DNA of 12,622 bases from Thermoproteota archaeon. GTDB taxonomy: Archaea; Korarchaeota; Korarchaeia; Korarchaeales; Korarchaeaceae. The notes beneath the pieces were generated by a model that saw only the letters and a program-made list of their open reading frames with translations, was not told the origin of the DNA and ran no database searches. Both the position numbers and the translations under genes were made by a program. Positions within the stretch are counted from its first letter, which is position 1; each line of letters begins with the position of its first letter. The stretch spans positions 1 to 12,622 of the forward strand of contig JAOZFG010000011.1 in NCBI GenBank assembly GCA_027491435.1, read 5' to 3'. Shown piece by piece: positions 1-8,911 of the stretch.

Positions 1-634
1 GGATGAGCCGGCTTAGCTGTTAAAAGCGGGGTTGGCGTTGTGAAGGGACAGCGGTGCTTCGCTGTAAGGTTTACTGGGGTGGCGCTGGACCCCTAATCGC
101 TAATCTGGCTGAGAAGCGATGGCAGGAGCTGGGGCGATGCCAGGGCTTCTAAGAGGTCAAGGGGCTCAGCGGTCTCAAGGATGGGGCGTACATGCGTTGC
201 AGCATCCTTACTAAACACGCTAAGAGGGACGAGAGGAGCTACGTTAGTCTAGAGACCAAAACAGGCTTAGGTTTCGACGTCTATTCAGCGAGCGTTACCT
301 GCTAACAGCTAGGAAGGCCAGTTCTGTCTTCCAACATCATCAGCTACATGACCCTCAAGAGCCAGTACCTTGTATCAGCCTGACGACGAAAGTGCTCACG
401 CTGGCGTTAAAGCGTGGAGGTGGCCTTAAGTTGACGGCACCTTTGGGTCATCGGAAGGAACTGCTCTTAGTGCAGAAGAGCTTGTAGCAAAAACTTGGCC
501 TAAAGGGCCTTCATTAAAGCTCCTTACCGCGTTGATCCCTATCAAGCTGACCGGGAGATAACCTTCGAAGTGTCAGGCCCGGCAGGCTCAGGCTAAACTC
601 CTCTTCAGATATCTCAAGCCTGAGTAAGGGTAGC

Positions 635-1294
635 TTAATCACTCTCCTCATTTAAATCACCCGGGAGCTTTCTAGAGAGGCTTTTCACCCTAACCAACTG
701 GCCAACGTCGGCCTTATCATGTACCTTAGCCTGATTCACGAAGTATACTTCGTCCACGTAGGCGTCCCTATCCACGACAACCTCAAAGGCCTCGACCCTC
801 TCCACCTCAGCCCCCCTACCGACCTTAACGAGTTCCCCTATCACTACCTCCGCCTCAGAATCCCTGCCTAAGCTCACAGCCCTGCCAACTACAATCCCCC
901 TTACCTTGGACTTCTTGCCTAATACAACCCTTTCAGCTATCATCTCCTCGAAGGAGGCCCCTCCGGACACCCTAACCTCCTTGGCCTCGACCCTCCTGGC
1001 CTTCAAAGAGCCGGAAATCTCTATTAACTCAGCCTTAACCTCATCTTCAACTGAGAGGCTGCCGGAGATGTAAAGCTCCCCTGCCTCAAGGGAGCCCACC
1101 TTCATGCTACCGGCCACCTTAAGTTCCCTTACCTTAAGGCCGCCCTCAACCTTCCCGGAGCCGCTTAAGTGGAACTCCTCCCCCTCAGCGTTCCCCTCTA
1201 CCTTCATTGAGCCGGCCACCTTCACCCTTCCGAACTTCACCGGACCCTTCAGCTTAACTGATCCGCCCACCGAGAGTTCCTCTATCTCCTGCAT
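635..1294 (-). CDS. Bactofilin-like (polymer-forming cytoskeletal, YhbE/YhbF/DUF583-like) beta-helical repeat protein, 219 aa
   Basis: Val/Gly-rich repeats of ~16-17 aa with a [VIL]x[VIL]xGSxx[VA]xG pattern (KVAGSMKV occurs twice; HLSGSGKV, YISGSLSV, EISGSLKA). These are followed by C-terminal VxLGxxSxV-type repeats. No TM segment or signal peptide. A TATA-like element lies ~23 nt upstream of the ATG. Confidence 0.75.
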   Translation of the reverse strand: MQEIEELSVGGSVKLKGPVKFGRVKVAGSMKVEGNAEGEEFHLSGSGKVEGGLKVRELKVAGSMKVGSLEAGELYISGSLSVEDEVKAELIEISGSLKARRVEAKEVRVSGGASFEEMIAERVVLGKKSKVRGIVVGRAVSLGRDSEAEVVIGELVKVGRGAEVERVEAFEVVVDRDAYVDEVYFVNQAKVHDKADVGQLVRVKSLSRKLPGDLNEESD

Positions 1295-1315
1295 CGGGCG
1301 TTAGGGAGCCATCAG

Positions 1316-1344
1316 CTTATATTGCGAACTCACAAATTGTGAGT
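1316..1344. promoter_or_regulatory. Shared TATA-like element (CTTATATT, 1316-1323) and perfect 8-1-8 inverted repeat ACTCACAA-A-TTGTGAGT (1328-1344); candidate operator
   Basis: Read directly from the 44-bp gap between divergent genes. The palindrome overlaps the GTG start of the wHTH gene. Confidence 0.6.
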
Positions 1345-1596
1345 GTGAGAAGGTGCAAGCACGACGTGGTTAGGGACATGCTCAGGGCCTTGACAGAAGG
1401 GGAGAAGAGGGCAACGAACCTGTGCAGAGAAGCTAACGTTCCAATGGACAGGGGAAAGCCCCTCCTCAACTACCTCGTTGAGAGAGGGCTTGTCGTGGCC
1501 TTAGAGGGAGAGAAGGGGGTAGAGTATAGGATAACCTTTCTAGGGTACGAGTGGCTTGGGCTCTACGAGAGGCTGGAGGAGCTCCTCCCCCTCTAA
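1339..1596 (+). CDS. Small archaeal winged-helix DNA-binding protein (HTH_45-like), 85 aa; start may be GTG 1345
   Basis: Pattern RR-x-K-H-D-VV-x-D-ML-x-AL...T-N-L...AN...L-x-Y-L-x-x-x-GL-V...Y-R-I-T-x-x-G fits small archaeal wHTH regulators. A T5 tract (1598-1602) follows the stop. Confidence 0.8.
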   Translation: MSVRRCKHDVVRDMLRALTEGEKRATNLCREANVPMDRGKPLLNYLVERGLVVALEGEKGVEYRITFLGYEWLGLYERLEELLPL

Positions 1597-1782
1597 CTTT
1601 TTACATTTATGGGCGCGACCCCCTACAGTGCAGGCTAGGCGATTATCAGGAAAATCGAGGTTTTGCTCCTTAACCTACTACTTTACTAAACCCCTACAGT
1701 ATGGTTTTGAGTCACCACCCAGCGTAGTACAAGAGAGGGGTTAAAGGTAGCTTTGTCACCGCTCCTGAACCTTAAAAGCACG

Positions 1783-3786
1783 TTACCTCAGCATCTTGGC
1801 GTTAACGGCTACCACCACTGTGCTTATGGACATGAGTATGGCGCCTGCAGCCGGGCTCAACAACAGCGGATAGAAGGCCCCCGCAGCTAAAGGTATTGAT
1901 ATTGCGTTATACCAGGTGGCCCAGAGTAGGTTCTGGACCATCTTCCTGTAAGTCTTCCTAGACAGCTCTATCAGCCCAACAACATCCCTCGGATCGTTCT
2001 TTACCAATATCACGTCAGCGCTCTCGATCGCCACGTCCGTGCCAGCTCCTATGGCTACTCCGACGTCAGCCTCCACAAGGGCTGGAGCGTCGTTCACCCC
2101 GTCGCCTACCATGATCACGGAGCCCACCTCGGACCTGAGCTCCCTGACCTTGAGGGCCTTCTCGTGAGGGAGGACCTCTGCGAAGTACCCATCTAGCTCC
2201 AGGGATTCGGCCACCCACCTGGCCACTTTGGAGTTGTCCCCGGTGAGCATGTAAACCTTTAAGCCCATCTCCTTGAGTGCCCTCACAGCTCCTTTAGACT
2301 CCTCTCTTATCACGTCTGCCAGTGCTATGGCGCCGGCCAACTTGCCATCCACCACAACGAAGACAACCGTCTTACCCTGATCCATCGCCTCCTGAACCTC
2401 CCTCCCCCAAGATAGGCCCATCTCCTCCACTAGTTGTGGGCTCACCACCATTACGTGCTTCCCCTTGACGTAACCCTCGACCCCCTTCCCTGGAATCGCT
2501 CTAAAGCCCTCTACCTCCTGCCCGCCTCCTAGGGAAGCTATGGCCCTCGCTATAGGATGCTCCGACCTGGACTCCAGGGAGGCAGCGAGCTCAATGAGCC
2601 CATCTCTATCTAGAGTTAGGGGGATCACGTCAGTCACCTGAAACCTCCCCTCGGTTAACGTACCAGTCTTATCGAATATCACAGCCCTGGCCTCTCTAGC
2701 TCTCTCAAACGGATTCCTATTCCTTATCAAGATGCCTTTCTTAGCCGAGAGTGAGGTGGAAACAGCCACTACCAAGGGAATCGCCAGGCCTAGAGCGTGG
2801 GGGCATGTAGTGACCATCACGGTGACAGCCCTCTCAAGGGCGAAGGCGGGCGCTTTCAAGGCAGTCCAAACCAAGAAGGTGACTGCGCTAACCCCCAAAG
2901 ATATTATGGTCAACACCAGAGCCGCCCTATCTGCCAGATCCTGGGTTCTGGACTTGGACTCTTGAGCCCTCCTGACTAGCTCCAGGACCTGCATCAGGTA
3001 GCTCTCCTTCCCCGCCTTCCTGACCTCCACCTCTATGGAGCCCTCAAGGTTTACGGACCCGCCTATCACCTGATCTCCCGGCCCCTTGTATACGGGATTG
3101 GATTCGCCAGTTAGCATGGACTCATCGACGCTGGTCTCGCCCGACCTCACGACCCCATCCACTGGTATCGTCTCGAAGGGCTTTACCAGTATCAGATCTC
3201 CCCTCTTAAGGCTCTCAACCGGGACGTCCCTCAGTCCCTCTCCGGTTATGAGGTGGGCCTCCTTGGGCACCAGCTTGGCCAACTCCTCCAAAGCCTTGGA
3301 AGCTCCCATCACAGATCTCATCTCCAGGTAGTGGCCCAGCAACATGACGTCTATCAGCGTGGCCAGTTCCCAGTAGAAGGTCTTACCTCCCCAGAGCAGC
3401 GTGGAGGCGCTGTAAAAGAACGCCACAGTTATGGCTATTCCCACCAGGGTCATCATGCCTGGCCTTTTCCCCTTGAGCTCCTCAACCATCCCCTTCAGGA
3501 AGGGCTTGCCCCCGTAAAGGTAGATGAAAAGGGAGAGGAGCATTAACGCTAGATCGCTTCCTGGAAACCTTAGCCTAAAGTTAAGGGCCTGTTGAACTGC
3601 AGGCGAGAGGATCAGCACGGGAATCGTGGCTAAAGAGGACAGGATGAACCTCCTCTTGAATTCAAGCACGTGCCCATGTCCAACGTGGTCTGAGCGCTTG
3701 TGGCCGTGCTCATCATGATGCCCTCCCCCACCGTGCCCGCTCTCACGGTGAACGTGCCCACCAGAGCCGTGATCATGTTCCATCAT
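1783..3786 (-). CDS. copB: Copper-translocating P1B-3-type ATPase (CopB) with His-rich N-terminus; likely start ATG 3786 or 3783 (ORF track extends to TTG 3801)
   Basis: CPH TM motif ([12 protein letters not shown]), DKTGT phosphorylation site, [22 protein letters not shown] in TM7 and MSIS in TM8. The first ~40 aa hold 12 His and there is no CxxC metal-binding domain. Confidence 0.93.
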   Translation of the reverse strand: MMEHDHGSGGHVHRESGHGGGGHHDEHGHKRSDHVGHGHVLEFKRRFILSSLATIPVLILSPAVQQALNFRLRFPGSDLALMLLSLFIYLYGGKPFLKGMVEELKGKRPGMMTLVGIAITVAFFYSASTLLWGGKTFYWELATLIDVMLLGHYLEMRSVMGASKALEELAKLVPKEAHLITGEGLRDVPVESLKRGDLILVKPFETIPVDGVVRSGETSVDESMLTGESNPVYKGPGDQVIGGSVNLEGSIEVEVRKAGKESYLMQVLELVRRAQESKSRTQDLADRAALVLTIISLGVSAVTFLVWTALKAPAFALERAVTVMVTTCPHALGLAIPLVVAVSTSLSAKKGILIRNRNPFERAREARAVIFDKTGTLTEGRFQVTDVIPLTLDRDGLIELAASLESRSEHPIARAIASLGGGQEVEGFRAIPGKGVEGYVKGKHVMVVSPQLVEEMGLSWGREVQEAMDQGKTVVFVVVDGKLAGAIALADVIREESKGAVRALKEMGLKVYMLTGDNSKVARWVAESLELDGYFAEVLPHEKALKVRELRSEVGSVIMVGDGVNDAPALVEADVGVAIGAGTDVAIESADVILVKNDPRDVVGLIELSRKTYRKMVQNLLWATWYNAISIPLAAGAFYPLLLSPAAGAILMSISTVVVAVNAKMLR

Positions 3787-3815
3787 ATGAATCAATAACA
3801 ATAGTTAGGTAAACC

Positions 3816-4694
3816 TTATAATCCTTCCTTCGTCCCCTGGTTGGCGAGCCTCTTATCCAAGTAAAGGGTTAAGGCCAGGTAAGCTAGGGCCGGGGGGGCC
3901 ATGTACATCTTGTCATCTGCTACGGCGACGAAGAAGGAGACGAGCACCATTCCCAAGAGGAGCCTCCTACCCACCAGCCAGGGATCAACGTCCTCCAACG
4001 AGTTGTAAAGCGTGGTGAAAAAGGGCACAGACACGAGCACGTGCACCAAGGGGTGAACCCTTTCAGCCAAAGCGAAGAAGGCGAATATTATGAGGGCCGG
4101 CGGGTACAGGTAGGCAAGGGTTAGCGGGAAGGACGGACCTGGCAACCTCTTCCCCCTCAGCTTAAGGTAGATCAGCACCAGAAGGCCCATCAAAAGGAGG
4201 GAGAAGATCCTGTGAGCTAGAGATGGTTTGTAAACTTCCTCGGAGAGGTTGAAGAGGAGCACCATGAGGGCAACTGGAATGAGGTAGGACTGCCTAACCT
4301 TAGAGAGGAACCTCCCCTCATAAATCGAGTCGAATATCATTATGGGCAGGAGGACGCTGAACACCGCGTGAAATATTGTTAAGTAGAAGAGCCAAGGCCA
4401 ATTAACTCCTAGAAACCTGCCATAGGACGAGAAAGTGTCCAGCTTATCGCTGTAAAAGGTGTTTACCGCCATCCCCTCTATCAGCACCCCCTCAAGCAGG
4501 CCCAGGAGCAAGACTGACCTGTAACCCTCTCCCCTGCTCATCACGAACTCCCTTATCAGGACGGCTGGAATTCCGTAGACTATGAGGAGGCCTGCCAGGG
4601 TGAAGGGGTTGAGGAGGTTCCAGAAGGGAGTGCTCCCCGTCAGGAGCTCCGGTATAGTTGCCGAGAGAAACATCAGCAGGAGGAGCCTTTTCAT
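3816..4694 (-). CDS. Uncharacterised polytopic membrane protein, 292 aa
   Basis: About 8-9 hydrophobic segments with polar motifs ELLTGSTP, YG...LIRE, EGxxxEG, GVNWxW and FHAVFS. Codon usage matches the neighbours. It ends 29 nt upstream of the probable copB ATG (3786). Confidence 0.8.
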   Translation of the reverse strand: MKRLLLLMFLSATIPELLTGSTPFWNLLNPFTLAGLLIVYGIPAVLIREFVMSRGEGYRSVLLLGLLEGVLIEGMAVNTFYSDKLDTFSSYGRFLGVNWPWLFYLTIFHAVFSVLLPIMIFDSIYEGRFLSKVRQSYLIPVALMVLLFNLSEEVYKPSLAHRIFSLLLMGLLVLIYLKLRGKRLPGPSFPLTLAYLYPPALIIFAFFALAERVHPLVHVLVSVPFFTTLYNSLEDVDPWLVGRRLLLGMVLVSFFVAVADDKMYMAPPALAYLALTLYLDKRLANQGTKEGL

Positions 4695-4750
4695 AAGTTA
4701 AGAGGGGGCTCGCCGCTTAAAACGGGAACCCCTGCTGGGTAACACAAACC

Positions 4751-4771
4751 TTTTATATCCCTGTATTACAG
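4751..4771 (+). promoter_or_regulatory. vapBC promoter: TATA box TTTTATAT (4751-4758) followed by palindrome CTGTA-T-TACAG (4761-4771), candidate autorepression operator
   Basis: The TATA box ends 21 nt before ATG 4780, a leaderless geometry. The palindrome sits between TATA and start, where TA autorepressors typically bind. Confidence 0.65.
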
Positions 4772-4779
4772 TAAGGGCG

Positions 4780-5001
4780 ATGGGCGCGAGCTCAGTCATC
4801 ACTGTTAGGGTGCCCAAGGAGTTGAAGGAAAAGATGAAGAGGCTCAAGGTTAACTGGAGTGAGGAAATAAGGAACTACCTGGAGAGGAGGGTCCAGGAGT
4901 ACGAATTCCTGGAGGTTTTAGAGGAGGTTAGGGGGAGAGCTCGCAGGAGGAAGGTGGCGACAGACTCTGTGACCATCATCAGGAGGGACAGGGAGAGGTG
5001 A
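4780..5001 (+). CDS. vapB: VapB-type antitoxin with ribbon-helix-helix (CopG-like) N-terminus, 73 aa
   Basis: VITVRVPKELKEKM...VNWSEEIR RHH signature and a C-terminal IRRDRE motif. Overlaps the PIN gene by 4 nt (GTGA). Confidence 0.85.
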   Translation: MGASSVITVRVPKELKEKMKRLKVNWSEEIRNYLERRVQEYEFLEVLEEVRGRARRRKVATDSVTIIRRDRER

Positions 5002-5411
5002 AGGTGCTGGACGCCTCCTTCCTGGTGAAGTTAGTGCTGGAGGAGGAGAGGTCTGAGGAGGCGGAGCGCCTAATAAAGGAGTGGATCCTAGAAGGGGAGG
5101 AGGTAGCTACTCTGGACCTGGCCTTCCCCGAGTCATTCAACGCCCTGTGTAAAAGGGCCGTGAAGGGGGAACTGAGCCAAGAGGAATGTAGGGAAGCGGC
5201 TGAGGACCTTTACAAGATTTTAAGCAGGATCAGGGTGTATCAGTCGAGGGAATTTATTTTGAAGGCCGTGGACATCTCACTAGAACATGGGATAACGGTC
5301 TACGATTCCTTGTACCTATCCCTGGCCGCCGATAGGGGAGGGGACCTGGCTACTTTCGATGAGGAGCTGGGCAGGGTGGCAGCCAAGCTGGGAGTGACAA
5401 CCCGCCCCTAA
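4998..5411 (+). CDS. vapC: VapC PIN-domain ribonuclease toxin, 137 aa
   Basis: N-terminal VLDAS, a central Glu (PESFNAL), ITVYDSLYLSLA and LATFD together give the PIN acidic catalytic set. Translationally coupled to vapB. Confidence 0.92.
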   Translation: MKVLDASFLVKLVLEEERSEEAERLIKEWILEGEEVATLDLAFPESFNALCKRAVKGELSQEECREAAEDLYKILSRIRVYQSREFILKAVDISLEHGITVYDSLYLSLAADRGGDLATFDEELGRVAAKLGVTTRP

Positions 5412-5571
5412 ATCAGCCGCAGAGGGGTGGTCACTCATTGGGTTAACGCCTACCCAATTAATCATAGGGGAAGCTGTTTGGAACCACGGGTTTTCATTAT
5501 CACCTAATTATCCAAAAAGCTGTAAAAATTTAAAGAAGTTTCATCCATCTAAAAGTTAAGAAGAGCAAGCT

Positions 5572-5583
5572 AAAAAGAAAAAA
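5572..5583 (-). terminator. U-rich archaeal terminator downstream of the MMPL gene
   Basis: The minus strand reads TTTTTTCTTTTT, starting 2 nt after the MMPL TGA stop. Confidence 0.6.
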
Positions 5584-5585
5584 GG

Positions 5586-8336
5586 TCAGTTCCAGCCCAC
5601 CGCCTTTATCAGGCTGGGCAGGAATAGGGGCCTTACCACGAAAGTGTCGACCAGCACAGCTGTCGCGAAGGCGAAGCCAATCTCTTGAAGCATCACGAAA
5701 TTTGATAGCATCAAGGAGCCGAAGGCCGCCGCCATTATGAGTCCGCAGGCCGTTATCACAATGCCCGTCGTCTCCACAGATTTTACTATTGCTTCGTCTA
5801 CTTTCATCCCATTGAAGAGCTCTTCCTTTATCCTCGTCACTAAAAAGATTCCATAATCCATTCCCAAGCCCAGCAGAGTTGTGAGGAGCATTATAGGAGT
5901 TAGCCAGTATATCTCTTTGCCCATGACAAACTGGAAGACCACCACAAGGGCCGCTAGAGACCAGAGTATGCTGGTCCCTATGGCGAGCAACAAGGAGGCG
6001 GCCACCTTAAACGACTTGAGTAGCAGGTACAGCACCAAGAATATCAGCACTAAGGCCACGGGGATTATGCGGTAGGCGAAGTTCTTGTTGACCTGATCGC
6101 TCATCTCGTAAGTTGAGACGGGCTCCCCTCCCACGTAAACCTTCGAATATTTTGTTGCCTCAATGGCCTTCTTAGCTACCTTTAAGGCCTCGTCTGAGTA
6201 GGGGGTTGAGTTTACCTGTACTAAAGCTAGGGCGTACCTGCCCCCCTCGCCCAGGAGGTAGTCCGTCACGTTAACCCTATCCCTGGGCACTAACTCATCC
6301 CCGTTAGTCACGAGGCTGATCACCCGCACGCCAGCTCCTTTAATTTCACTGATTACACGGCTCATGGCCTCATAGGCCTCCTCATCAATTCCCCTCGATG
6401 AGTTTACCGGCCTGTCGAACTCGAAGATCAGGTATATGGTAGAGCCTCCCAGGTTGAATTTCTCCTTAGCCAGCTGGAACCCCTTTATGGATTCGGTCTC
6501 CGGCATCAGCTGTGTGTAATCGTAGGTCCTCTTCATGTTCAAGAGGACTGCACTAGCAACCAGCGTCAGTATTAGGAAGGCCAATACTACTGCTTTAGGC
6601 CTCTTGATCGACAGGTTGGCCATCTTCCTGAGGTAAGAGGATCTTCCTCCGCCTAGGGACCTCCAAGAGGGCCAGAACGTCTTCCTTCCCAGTAAAGCCA
6701 GTAGCGATGGGGTAAGGGTTAAGGCTGAGGATATAGCCAGGAAGACCACCGTAGCAAGGCTGTAGCCCATGCTTTGGAGCATCTTAAAGTCGGAAGAGGC
6801 TAAGGCGCCGAAGCCCACCATGACCGTGAGGGCCGCGCTAACTACGGCCTCACCCGCAAACCTCACGGCCTTCTTCACCGCCTCCCTTTCATCTCCCCCC
6901 TCTAGCTCTTCCTTGAACCTGTAGAGCATGTATATGGAGTAATCTACGCCCACCCCCATGAGCAGAGGGACCACTAAATTCCTCACCACGTAAACCAGAT
7001 CCACTACGTAGGACTCCAAGTAGAGGGCCGCAAACGAAGTTACTATGGCCGTCGCCACCGTGACTAGGGGAATTGCTGGCGCCACTATCGAGGCGAGGAG
7101 AGCGGCCAGTAGAACAATTACTAGGATTAACGTTACCAAATCTATCCTGCTTACGTCCTTAAGGCTAACTCCCTTCATGTCGGCTATGAAGGCCGGCGGA
7201 CCCGTGACGTAGTGCTCGTAACTGAACCATTTGTCAGCCAGCGACCTTACCTCCCTAACTAAGGCCTCACCCCTCCCTTCAACGCTTATGGTGATTAGGA
7301 TGGTCTCGTTGTCCTGACTTATCAAGTTCTTCCTGAGCTCAGCCGGGATTGAGTCCGGGAACTTCAACGGGTGTTTCTTCAAAGCCTCCCCAATGTACTT
7401 CAAAGCCAGCTGGTTGGCCACCTCTCTTAAGTCGTCATCTCGAGCGTTGGGGCCTAAGCGATACAAGGCCTCCAAGAAATCCCTGGACACGTTGCCCTTG
7501 GACGTCAAGGCCTCGAACGCGAGCTTCTTAATCACATCAGGATCTCTGAAGTTGTTTAGGGTAACTCCCTCCACGTTAAATCCCTTTTTTGAGGCTATAT
7601 CCTCGATTATCTTTTCCATAAGCTCCTCAGGGTTAAGCTTACCGGACTTCATAGCTGCTAGGACGTCTCCAACCCTGTGCATTCCCAGTTCGAATAAGGA
7701 AGAGTCCCAAGTTTTGTATACGCCCTTCATGTACCCCTCAGCCTCAGGAGGCAGGAGTAACGAATTAAAGGCCCTCTCATCAACCTCCTTCAAGGGGGTC
7801 TCCGGGGGGCTCTTCAGCAGGAGCTCGTTCCACGCTTTGAGGTAGTAGGCTGGCATCCCGTAAATCAGCTGTAAGGACATGTTAACTTCCTTGTAGGCCC
7901 TCCACAAAGCTGGGTAGAGCACCTTTGTTGCGTTATAGATTTTCTCCTCCACCTCTTCCTTAGTCCGATTCATTACATCCCAGTACCTCTTCCTCACTTC
8001 GTCGTAGACAGTATAGGGAGTTACAACCCCCTTAACGTCCTCTAACTTCCTGACTTCCCTCTCAAACCCCCTGACTTCACTTTCAAGCTTTGAGTCCAGC
8101 CTGACGTTATCGAGCACCACTATCAAATCAGGAGGGTTAAACCCGCTGAACTCATCGTGTAAGAGCTTGGAGGCCTTTACGCTCCTCATTTTATCTGATA
8201 GAAAGGCTCTCTCGTTGTAGATCAGCCTGCCCTCAAGCTTACTCATTAGAGGAAGGCTGATCACCAGTAGCAGAATCCAGGCTGTCAGCGCCAGCTTGTA
8301 CCTCTTGGGCAGGGCTTCTGAGAGGCGGTCCAGCAT
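5586..8336 (-). CDS. MMPL-family (RND superfamily) transporter, ~916 aa; likely start ATG 8336 (ORF track starts at GTG 8345)
   Basis: Two RND halves with GVGVDYSIYMLYRFKEEL and GLGMDYGIFLVTRIKEEL motifs, ~12 TM segments and a large helical extracytoplasmic insertion after TM1. A GGTGAT Shine-Dalgarno (8341-8346, minus) lies 4 nt upstream of ATG 8336. Confidence 0.92.
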   Translation of the reverse strand: MLDRLSEALPKRYKLALTAWILLLVISLPLMSKLEGRLIYNERAFLSDKMRSVKASKLLHDEFSGFNPPDLIVVLDNVRLDSKLESEVRGFEREVRKLEDVKGVVTPYTVYDEVRKRYWDVMNRTKEEVEEKIYNATKVLYPALWRAYKEVNMSLQLIYGMPAYYLKAWNELLLKSPPETPLKEVDERAFNSLLLPPEAEGYMKGVYKTWDSSLFELGMHRVGDVLAAMKSGKLNPEELMEKIIEDIASKKGFNVEGVTLNNFRDPDVIKKLAFEALTSKGNVSRDFLEALYRLGPNARDDDLREVANQLALKYIGEALKKHPLKFPDSIPAELRKNLISQDNETILITISVEGRGEALVREVRSLADKWFSYEHYVTGPPAFIADMKGVSLKDVSRIDLVTLILVIVLLAALLASIVAPAIPLVTVATAIVTSFAALYLESYVVDLVYVVRNLVVPLLMGVGVDYSIYMLYRFKEELEGGDEREAVKKAVRFAGEAVVSAALTVMVGFGALASSDFKMLQSMGYSLATVVFLAISSALTLTPSLLALLGRKTFWPSWRSLGGGRSSYLRKMANLSIKRPKAVVLAFLILTLVASAVLLNMKRTYDYTQLMPETESIKGFQLAKEKFNLGGSTIYLIFEFDRPVNSSRGIDEEAYEAMSRVISEIKGAGVRVISLVTNGDELVPRDRVNVTDYLLGEGGRYALALVQVNSTPYSDEALKVAKKAIEATKYSKVYVGGEPVSTYEMSDQVNKNFAYRIIPVALVLIFLVLYLLLKSFKVAASLLLAIGTSILWSLAALVVVFQFVMGKEIYWLTPIMLLTTLLGLGMDYGIFLVTRIKEELFNGMKVDEAIVKSVETTGIVITACGLIMAAAFGSLMLSNFVMLQEIGFAFATAVLVDTFVVRPLFLPSLIKAVGWN

Positions 8337-8346
8337 AAGTATCACC

Positions 8347-8440
8347 TAGATATATCTAATCCATATATATGGATTAGATATGTTGAAGTTAGATGTATCG
8401 ATAAACTATTTAAATTTTCCTGTAATGGTCGATATATCGT
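8347..8440. promoter_or_regulatory. Divergent MMPL/PadR control region with repeated GATATATC-type palindromes, including a perfect 30-bp palindrome (8352-8381)
   Basis: TAGATATATCTA (8347-8358), CCATATATATGG (8361-8372), TAGATATGTTGA (8375-8386), TAGATGTATCGA (8390-8401) and TCGATATATCGT (8429-8440). TATA-like TTTAAA at 8409-8414. Confidence 0.75.
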
Positions 8441-8446
8441 GATCGT

Positions 8447-8911
8447 ATGAAGAGGAGCAGGATCAGCGGGTGGCTGAAGATCTCAATCTTGGCGATGCTA
8501 GTTAAGGGGCCAATGCACGGCTACGCGATGATAAGAGAAGTGGAGAGAATCACCGGCGGGGAATGGGTACCGGCCCCAGGCTCTTTATATCCAACGCTAA
8601 ACGAGCTCGTGAGAGAAGGCATGGTGGAGGCTAGGGAAGAGAGGATAGGGGGTAGGAGGAGGATCGTCTACTCAATAACGGACGAGGGGATTAAGTTCCT
8701 GGTCGAGAAGGCGGACAAGTTGATTTCTAGAGCCATTCCCTCGATATTCAAGTTCATAGAGAGTCAAATAATAGCCATAAACAGGTCTGGTAACCTGGAG
8801 GAGCTCAACAAGGTTGTGGAGGTGTTGGACTTCATGGTTAATAGGGCAGAAGAGCTAAAGAAGAAGATAGAGACCAACTCTCATGCAGAGCTAATAGACG
8901 CCAATTCCTGA
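8447..8911 (+). CDS. PadR-family transcriptional regulator, 154 aa
   Basis: G-x-LK-x-x-IL-x-ML...PMHGYAMI...PGSLYPTL...G...RRRIVYSITDEG is the PadR signature. Divergent from the MMPL transporter. Confidence 0.93.
   Translation: MKRSRISGWLKISILAMLVKGPMHGYAMIREVERITGGEWVPAPGSLYPTLNELVREGMVEAREERIGGRRRIVYSITDEGIKFLVEKADKLISRAIPSIFKFIESQIIAINRSGNLEELNKVVEVLDFMVNRAEELKKKIETNSHAELIDANS

Noticed and set aside
1104-1304. 66-aa + strand ORF
   Set aside because: Antisense shadow of the bactofilin-like gene; Ser/Pro/Thr-rich with no motif.
1301-1312. Mini-ORF ATG-GCT-CCC-TAA upstream of the bactofilin-like gene on the minus strand
   Set aside because: It lies only a few nt from the TATA element, upstream of the expected transcription start, so it is probably not transcribed.
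1620-1700. 10-bp direct repeat CCCCTACAGT (1620-1629 and 1691-1700) as a CRISPR remnant or target-site duplication
   Set aside because: Only two short copies, with no extended repeat identity, no array and no cas genes.
1556-1744. 62-aa + strand ORF
   Set aside because: Overlaps the wHTH 3' end, runs through its T-tract and has no recognisable protein features.
2732-3546. Four short + strand ORFs
   Set aside because: All are antisense to the well-supported copB gene.
5881-7845. + strand ORFs 5881-6075, 7349-7531 and 7393-7845
   Set aside because: Antisense to the MMPL gene; composition is typical of reverse-frame shadows.
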